In this document: piece by piece, positions 26,894 to 32,942 of the stretch
Position numbering within the stretch: position 1 is the stretch's first letter
Layout: each line of letters opens with the position of its first letter
Origin: Pontiellaceae bacterium
GTDB taxonomy: Bacteria; Verrucomicrobiota; Kiritimatiellia; Kiritimatiellales; Tichowtungiaceae
Assembly: GCA_029934215.1 (NCBI GenBank)
Contig: JAOZMR010000002.1
Coordinates: forward strand, 1-32,942
Direction of reading: 5' to 3'
DNA: 32,942 nt
Position numbers and translations under genes: made by a program
Notes under the pieces: generated by a model
What the model was told of the DNA's origin: nothing
Seen by the model: only the letters and a program-made list of their open reading frames with translations
Databases searched by the model: none

Positions 26894-28003
26894 ATGCCTA
26901 CAACGATGGTTCCTCTACACATTATCCAACTCCTGCCCGAACTCAACCAAGGAGGCGTCGAGCGCGGCACGGTCGAACTGAGTCGCGAGCTCATCAAACG
27001 CGGACACCAAAGCACCGTCATATCTGCCGGCGGCACGCAAGCGACGCAAATTGAAAAAGACGGAGGTCGTCACATCACCCTCGACGTATGTTCGAAGAAC
27101 CCTCTCACCCTTTTACCCAGAGTCGCAAAACTTGCAACCGAACTCTTCAAACTGGATGCAGACATTCTGCATCCACGAAGCCGCGTCCCCGCATGGCTTT
27201 GCCATTTCGCCAACAGAAAGCTAAAAACCCCATGCGTCACCACCGTTCACGGATTCAACAGCGTCAACAAATACAGCGAAATCATGACCAAAGGCGAGCG
27301 TGTGATCTACGGCAGCGCTGCCATCAAAAAATACGTACTAAAAAACTACCCAGTTAACGAACAAAACCTGCGCTACGTACCACGCGGAATCGACACCGAA
27401 CACTTCAACCCAACCACCGTCGACCAGCCCTTTATCGACCGCTTCAAGCACCAACACAAACTCACAGGAAAAACCATCATCACCATCGTCGGACGGATCA
27501 CAGAATGGAAAGGTCACGACACCTACATTCGAGCGCTCGCAGAAGTACAAAAAACCAATCCCGAGGTTGTAGGTGTCGTCGCGGGCGGGATATGGCACGG
27601 CAAAAACGACTTTTTCCAAGGGTTGGAAAAACTCGCGGCAGATCTAGGCGCAGACATTCGTTTTGTAGGCTCGCAAACACAGGTGCGCGAAATCTATGCA
27701 CAAAGCGACCTTGTGGTCTCCGCCGCCTCCACCAAAGCCGAAACCTTCGGTCGAACCGCCGCTGAGGCACTCGCAATGAACACGCCCGTCATCGCTAGCT
27801 CGCACGGCGGATCCCTCGACATCATAATCGACGGCGAGAACGGTCTCTTCTTCGAGCCCGGAAACGACATCGAACTAGCCGCAAAAATCAACCAGGCGCT
27901 ACACATCAAATTTTCCAACCTTCGGAAACACATTGAAAACAACTTCAGCCTAAACCGCATGACCGAAGACGAGCTAGCGGTTTACAGAGAACTCACTTCA
28001 TAA
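26894..28003 (+). CDS. Family 4 glycosyltransferase
   Basis: [40 protein letters not shown]. Confidence 0.88.
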   Translation: MPTTMVPLHIIQLLPELNQGGVERGTVELSRELIKRGHQSTVISAGGTQATQIEKDGGRHITLDVCSKNPLTLLPRVAKLATELFKLDADILHPRSRVPAWLCHFANRKLKTPCVTTVHGFNSVNKYSEIMTKGERVIYGSAAIKKYVLKNYPVNEQNLRYVPRGIDTEHFNPTTVDQPFIDRFKHQHKLTGKTIITIVGRITEWKGHDTYIRALAEVQKTNPEVVGVVAGGIWHGKNDFFQGLEKLAADLGADIRFVGSQTQVREIYAQSDLVVSAASTKAETFGRTAAEALAMNTPVIASSHGGSLDIIIDGENGLFFEPGNDIELAAKINQALHIKFSNLRKHIENNFSLNRMTEDELAVYRELTS

Positions 28004-28023
28004 ACAGCACGAAAGAAGCAATA

Positions 28024-30588
28024 ATGAAAAATAAAGATTTTTTTAAAACCTACGACGCCCAGATTCAGACCCGCGCAAAAGACGGAATTCCACCGCTCGC
28101 ACTAAGCCGAGAACAAACCGAGGATGTGATTGAGCTCTTAAAGAATCCGCCAGCTGGGAAAGAGAACGAGCTTGTGGATCTGATCACAAACCGAGTAAAC
28201 CCAGGAGTGGATCCTGCGGCGCAGGTGAAGGCAGAATTCCTATTTACCGTCGCCTGCGGCGACGAATCAACATCGCTCATCACCCCAGAACGTGCAGTCG
28301 AACTGCTGGGCACGATGATTGGCGGTTACAATCTCGACGGGCTGATCAACCTGATCGAGGCGCAAGGACCTCTGGCCCAAGCCGCAGCAACCGCTCTAAA
28401 AAACATGGTTCTATCCGTAAATCGTTTCGAGGATATCCAGGCGCTGGCGGACAACGGAAACGAAACAGCAAAAGAGATTCTGGCTTCGTGGGCGGCTGGA
28501 GAATGGTTCACCTCACTTCCGGTGGTCGCAGAGGAGATTGAATCGGTTGTTTTCAAGGTGGAAGGCGAAATCAATACCGACGACTTTTCCCCAGCCTCTT
28601 ATGCGTTTACTCGAGCGGACATTCCTTTGCACTCAACGTGCATGGGCGGAACACTTTTCCCAAATGGCCCGCAGGAAATTGCAGATCTAAAAGAAAAAAC
28701 AGATCTACCTGTCACGTTCGTAGGCGATGTCGTTGGCACAGGATCGTCGCGCAAATCGGCATGCAACTCCCTGCTATGGCACATTGGAGAAGATATTCCA
28801 TGCGTACCCAACAAACGTCGAGGCGGCATTGTGATCGGTCGCACAATTGCTCCAATTTTCTTTAATACCGCAGAAGATTCAGGGGCGCTTCCGATCCAAA
28901 CAGATGTATCGATGCTATCCACCGGCGCAATCATTAAGGTTTTTCCAAACCTTGGAAAAATCACAGACTCGGACGGAAACGTGATCTCCACATATCCAGT
29001 GAAGCCCGATACAATTCTGGACGAATACCGAGCCGGCGGACGCGTCCCTCTCATCATAGGCAAACAATTAACCGAAAAAGCGCGTACAGCTTTGGGCATG
29101 AGCTCTCTCGATGAATCTGGCATCTTTGTGGTGCCAGAAAACCCAACACTCAAAAAGGGCCAAGGATATACGCTCGCTCAGAAACTCGTCGGAAAAGCCT
29201 GCGGAACAGACGGAATCCTTCCAGAAACCTCTTGCTTGCCAAAAATGACGACAGTCGGCTCGCAGGACACGACCGGCCCCATGACAGCCGGCGAAATCAC
29301 AGAACTCGCATGCCTGAAATTTAATGCAGACCTCGTGATGCAATCATTTTGTCACACCGCCGCATATCCAAAACCGACAGATGTAATCACACACGCCACG
29401 CTTCCGAACTATATTACAGAACGCAAAGGCGTCGCCTTGCGCCCAGGCGACGGAGTGATCCACTCCTGGCTCAACCGCTTGCTCGTTCCAGACACCGTCG
29501 GAACTGGCGGCGACTCACACACCCGCTTCCCAATGGGCCTTTCATTCCCTGCAGGATCCGGGCTTGTCGCGTTCGCTGGTGCGCTCGGGGTGATGCCGCT
29601 AGACATGCCAGAATCGGTTCTAGTTCGCTTCAGCGGGGACCTCCAACCAGGAATAACGTTGCGCGACGTTGTCAACGCAATTCCGCACCAGGCCATCCAA
29701 GACGGACTATTAACCGTTGAGAAAACGAACAAGAAAAACATTTTTGCAGGGCGCATCTTAGAAATGGAAGGGCTACCAGACATCAACGTCGAACAGGCCT
29801 ACGAACTGACAGATGCGTCCGCCGAGCGTTCCGCCGCTGGAGCAACGATCCAACTCAATCGCGAACCAATTGTTGAATTCCTCAAATCGAACATCACACT
29901 CATGGAAGAGATGATTCAGGGCGGATATAGCGATGCAGGTACGCTTGCGAAACGAATAAAAGATGTTAAAGAATGGATCGAGAACGGAAAGCTAATGATA
30001 GCGGACAAAAACGCAGAATATGCAGCCGTCATAGAGATTGATCTGAACGAGATCACCGAGCCGATTCTATGTTGCCCGAACGATCCGGATGACGTAAAAA
30101 AACTCTCCGAGGTACAAGGCGAGAAAATCGACGACGTATTCATTGGCAGTTGCATGACCAACATTGGACACTTCCGAGCCGCAGGCGAAGTTTTCGAAGG
30201 AGAAGGATTCACCAACGTCAACCTATGGATCTGCCCGCCGACAAAAATGGACGAAGTTCAGCTCAAGAAAGAGGGATACTACTCCATCTTTAGTGCGGCA
30301 GGTGCTCGCATCGAAATCCCAGGATGCTCTCTATGCATGGGCAACCAGGCACGCGTCCGCGACAACGCGGTTGTCTTTTCAACCTCGACACGCAACTTCA
30401 ACAACCGTCTAGGAACAGGTGCGCAGGTATACCTCGGCTCAGCAGAGCTTGCATCCGTGGTGGCGCTGAAAGGCGAACTACCAACTCCAGCCGAATACCT
30501 GAAAACCATCTCGCCAAAACTCGACGGCAAAACCTCCAAAATCTACACCTACCTAAACTTCGATCAAATGACCGAATTTCATGTGTAA
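28024..30588 (+). CDS. acnB: Aconitate hydratase B
   Basis: [65 protein letters not shown]. Confidence 0.97.
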   Translation: MKNKDFFKTYDAQIQTRAKDGIPPLALSREQTEDVIELLKNPPAGKENELVDLITNRVNPGVDPAAQVKAEFLFTVACGDESTSLITPERAVELLGTMIGGYNLDGLINLIEAQGPLAQAAATALKNMVLSVNRFEDIQALADNGNETAKEILASWAAGEWFTSLPVVAEEIESVVFKVEGEINTDDFSPASYAFTRADIPLHSTCMGGTLFPNGPQEIADLKEKTDLPVTFVGDVVGTGSSRKSACNSLLWHIGEDIPCVPNKRRGGIVIGRTIAPIFFNTAEDSGALPIQTDVSMLSTGAIIKVFPNLGKITDSDGNVISTYPVKPDTILDEYRAGGRVPLIIGKQLTEKARTALGMSSLDESGIFVVPENPTLKKGQGYTLAQKLVGKACGTDGILPETSCLPKMTTVGSQDTTGPMTAGEITELACLKFNADLVMQSFCHTAAYPKPTDVITHATLPNYITERKGVALRPGDGVIHSWLNRLLVPDTVGTGGDSHTRFPMGLSFPAGSGLVAFAGALGVMPLDMPESVLVRFSGDLQPGITLRDVVNAIPHQAIQDGLLTVEKTNKKNIFAGRILEMEGLPDINVEQAYELTDASAERSAAGATIQLNREPIVEFLKSNITLMEEMIQGGYSDAGTLAKRIKDVKEWIENGKLMIADKNAEYAAVIEIDLNEITEPILCCPNDPDDVKKLSEVQGEKIDDVFIGSCMTNIGHFRAAGEVFEGEGFTNVNLWICPPTKMDEVQLKKEGYYSIFSAAGARIEIPGCSLCMGNQARVRDNAVVFSTSTRNFNNRLGTGAQVYLGSAELASVVALKGELPTPAEYLKTISPKLDGKTSKIYTYLNFDQMTEFHV

Positions 30589-30646
30589 AAAACCCATCAA
30601 CAACCCCAAACATCACCCTCACACAAAAGGGGCGTTTTGTAGGAGA

Positions 30647-31552
30647 GTGAGACAGATCTTTATTTCATGTTTTCTGGTTCTGGGGCTGCGTCAGAATGCG
30701 CATGCAATTCTGGCGGGTGGGGAGTTTGATTTGCCGTCGGATAGTCCTTCTGGTCGGATTGATTCTTTGAGCGAAAACTCGCCGTATAATTTTGTTGGGG
30801 CGTTGGAGATTTCTACAGGGAGTGGAAGCTATTTCGGGTCGGCATCGGCACTTTCGTCGCACTGGGTGCTGACTGCAGGGCACAATGTGGACTTCAACGA
30901 TGACGGAAACGTTGACGCTGGCTTGTCCGTAAATTTTCATCTTCCAGGGTTTGGAACTTATGCAGCCAGCAGTTATTCGATTCACCCGAGTTTTACAGGC
31001 TTTGGAAATCCGTCTATTCATTACGATCTTTCCCTGCTCTATTTTTCTGATCCGTTGCCTGACCTGCTATTTCCAACCCTTGGAAACTCGTTGTCGATTG
31101 GCGACACAGCAACGATGATCGGCTACGGACGTTCAGGCTACGGAAGCTGCGGCTACACAACAGGAGCATCACTGACAGATCGGCGCATCGGCTACAACGA
31201 AATCGACGAGTTTGAAACATCCGGCGACGGCACGCTTTATCGCTACGATTTTGACGATCCAAACACTGGCGACGGACTGGGCAATGCCATCGAAACGATC
31301 ATCGGACCAGGTGATTCTGGCGGTTCCTTGCTTATCGGAAACTCACTAGTTGGCGTAAACACATTCACAGAAGGCTACGGCGGACGGTTCGGAGACATAG
31401 GCGGCGGCATTGCACTGAATAACGAATGGGGATGGATTGGTGCGACCACAGGACTAACCGTCCCCGAACCTGCAAGCGTCATTCTGTTCTTACTTGGTGC
31501 ATTCACCATGATTCTACGCCGACGTATTTACCGAGCGAAAGAAAACCACTGA
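30647..31552 (+). CDS. Trypsin-like serine protease with PEP-CTERM sorting signal
   Basis: WVLTAGH (His), YDLSLL (Asp), GDSGG (Ser), C-terminal VPEP + TM + RRR. The start (GTG at 30647) is uncertain. Confidence 0.82.
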   Translation: MRQIFISCFLVLGLRQNAHAILAGGEFDLPSDSPSGRIDSLSENSPYNFVGALEISTGSGSYFGSASALSSHWVLTAGHNVDFNDDGNVDAGLSVNFHLPGFGTYAASSYSIHPSFTGFGNPSIHYDLSLLYFSDPLPDLLFPTLGNSLSIGDTATMIGYGRSGYGSCGYTTGASLTDRRIGYNEIDEFETSGDGTLYRYDFDDPNTGDGLGNAIETIIGPGDSGGSLLIGNSLVGVNTFTEGYGGRFGDIGGGIALNNEWGWIGATTGLTVPEPASVILFLLGAFTMILRRRIYRAKENH

Positions 31553-31787
31553 AATAACAAAAGAATTGGACATAAAGACAGGTGCACAACGAATACAAAA
31601 AAACAACAAACGGACCTGTTCATCAAACGAATTACCGCCCCACTTTGGATGCATCTTGACCGCACGAAACAAACCATTTAGATTTGCCAGAAAAATAGAG
31701 CAAAACGAAATGCGAGTTTCCAAAGGTTGGAAGATTGAACAGGCATCCTGCTTATACAAATAGAGCATTTTCAAAAAGGAGATAGAT

Positions 31788-32714
31788 ATGTGTAGAATTA
31801 ACCCAAGAATCGATTTTGCGTTTAAGAAACTGTTTGGTAGTGAGAGCAATAAAGATTTGCTAATTTCTTTAGTGAATTCGATTGTTCCAAAAGAAGACCA
31901 GGTTCGAGACCTGAAGATGAAAAACCCCTACAATTTTGCAGACTACCAAGCGGGGAAGATGTCCATTCTCGACATCAAGGCAGAGGGCATGAATGGGACA
32001 TTGTTTAATATCGAGATGCAAGTTGGTGACGATTGTCACTTCGATAAACGATCTCTCTATTATTGGGCACGGCTGATTACGGATCAGATACATACTGAGG
32101 GTCAGGCGTATAAGCTGATTGAGAAGACGATCTGCATCAACATCCTCGACTTCAAGATGGCGCGGAAGAAGGATCCCGCTTTTCACTCGGTCTATCGGAT
32201 ATTGAACGAGAAAACTGGGCTGTCCGATTCGCTCCACGGCTTACTACAAATTCATTACGTGGAGTTGGAGCGTTTTAAGACGAAGACTGAAGATCTTAAA
32301 ACTGCATTGGATCGCTGGACAGCCTTTTTGGTGCGGGCGCACGATTTGAATAAAGAGAAGCTTCCGAAAACATTAGATGATCCTGCCATTAAAAAAGCAA
32401 TGAAAGAGGTTGATCGAATGTTTGATGAAGAAGAGCGGGCGATATACATCATCCGTCGGGATTCAAACCGGGATGCGCACAGCAAGATTGAATCGGCGAA
32501 AGAGCAGGTAGAGATCGCGCAGAAGCGAGTCGAAAAGGCGCAGCGCGAGAAGGAAAAGGCGCAGCGCGAGAAGGAAAAGGCGCAGCGCGAGAAGGAAAAG
32601 GCGCAGAAGCGAGCAGAGAAGGCGCAGCGCGAGAAAGAAGAAGAGCGTCGACTGAAAGAAGAAGCGTTGAAGGAGCTGGAGGAATTAAAGGCTCTGTTGA
32701 AGGATAAGGATTAG
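31788..32714 (+). CDS. Rpn family PD-(D/E)XK nuclease (putative transposase/invertase-like) with a coiled-coil repeat tail
   Basis: INPRIDFAFKKLFG, ILDIKA, NIEMQ, KRSLYYWA, HYVEL.RF, LDRW..FL. Confidence 0.88.
   Translation: MCRINPRIDFAFKKLFGSESNKDLLISLVNSIVPKEDQVRDLKMKNPYNFADYQAGKMSILDIKAEGMNGTLFNIEMQVGDDCHFDKRSLYYWARLITDQIHTEGQAYKLIEKTICINILDFKMARKKDPAFHSVYRILNEKTGLSDSLHGLLQIHYVELERFKTKTEDLKTALDRWTAFLVRAHDLNKEKLPKTLDDPAIKKAMKEVDRMFDEEERAIYIIRRDSNRDAHSKIESAKEQVEIAQKRVEKAQREKEKAQREKEKAQREKEKAQKRAEKAQREKEEERRLKEEALKELEELKALLKDKD
32511..32636 (+). repeat. 21-nt tandem repeat (EKAQREK heptad), 6 units
   Basis: GAAAAGGCGCAGCGCGAGAAG is perfect at 32532, 32553 and 32574, with variants at 32511, 32595 and 32616. 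Confidence 0.9.
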
Positions 32715-32755
32715 TCATAGAAGGATTGACGATCAAAAAAATGAAATGATTTAGA

Positions 32756-32860
32756 TTCGTGAAAATTCGTGAGATTAGTGATCAAAAAAACCGCTGGTGA
32801 ATTGGTGGTTGAACAGAGCAGGGGGCAAAGAGACTTTTGATCACGAAGTGGCACGAATGG
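32756..32860. repeat. Pair of 9-10-nt periodic inverted arms between the two rpn copies
   Basis: TTCGTG-AAAA-TTCGTG-AGA-TTAGTGATCAAAA (32756-32787) versus TTTTGATCACGAA-GTGG-CACGAA (32835-32857). Confidence 0.55.
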
Positions 32861-32893
32861 GACAGGTGGAGAGTTTTTAAAAAGGATATAGAT

Positions 32894-32942
32894 ATGTGTA
32901 GAATTAACCCAAGAATCGATTTTGCGTTTAAGAAACTGTTTG
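32894..32942 (+). CDS. Second Rpn paralogue, 5' end only (truncated by window)
   Basis: The 49 nt from ATG 32894 are identical to the start of 31788; the RBS region is nearly identical. Confidence 0.85.
   Translation, partial: MCRINPRIDFAFKKLF

Larger units (their letters stand above)
1127..31732. repeat. Dispersed 15-bp palindrome TTCCAA-NSN-TTGGAA (span of all copies)
   Basis: Perfect copies start at 2106, 4411, 6001, 6178, 7593, 7643, 8143, 10483, 12334, 14274, 27614, 28943, 31071 and 31718. One-mismatch copies start at 1127, 2272, 9240, 10462, 13006, 13039, 13661, 16079, 16542, 27913 and 30942. Confidence 0.95.

Noticed and set aside
1127-31732. Palindrome copies as a CRISPR array or as a normal transcription-factor regulon
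   Set aside because: They are irregularly dispersed with no spacer periodicity and no cas genes, and most are deep inside unrelated ORFs rather than at promoters.

Overview
This window is a mostly housekeeping bacterial chromosome segment. Gene content suggests the PVC superphylum (Kiritimatiellota/Verrucomicrobiota-like): murD-LysM-ftsW order, LpxI, a PEP-CTERM protein, and secreted proteins with a DxDxDG/'GRxYxxxxxxxL' C-terminal domain; this taxonomy is inference. In order: a split bat (vWA) operon, HAD-surA-pdxA-rsmA, era, tRNA-Ser(CGA), hcp with a Crp/Fnr-type box, lpxI, a decayed intergenic patch (istB fragment, ~280-nt structured element, REPs), two surface proteins, a polysaccharide-type operon interrupted by a CCNGG-type (SsoII/Ecl18kI-like) R-M pair, ftsW-LysM-murD, GT4, acnB, a PEP-CTERM trypsin-like protease and tandem Rpn-family nuclease genes. 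The strongest unexplained signal is a dispersed 15-bp palindrome, TTCCAA-N-S-N-TTGGAA. By eye I count 14 perfect and 11 one-mismatch copies, mostly inside unrelated coding genes and read in all three frames. Other signals: hairpin-bracketed PD-(D/E)XK nuclease cassettes (GxxExxY plus an internally deleted derivative, and possibly rpn), an orphan retron-ncRNA-shaped element, and repeats inserted in frame into housekeeping proteins. All counts and alignments were done manually.
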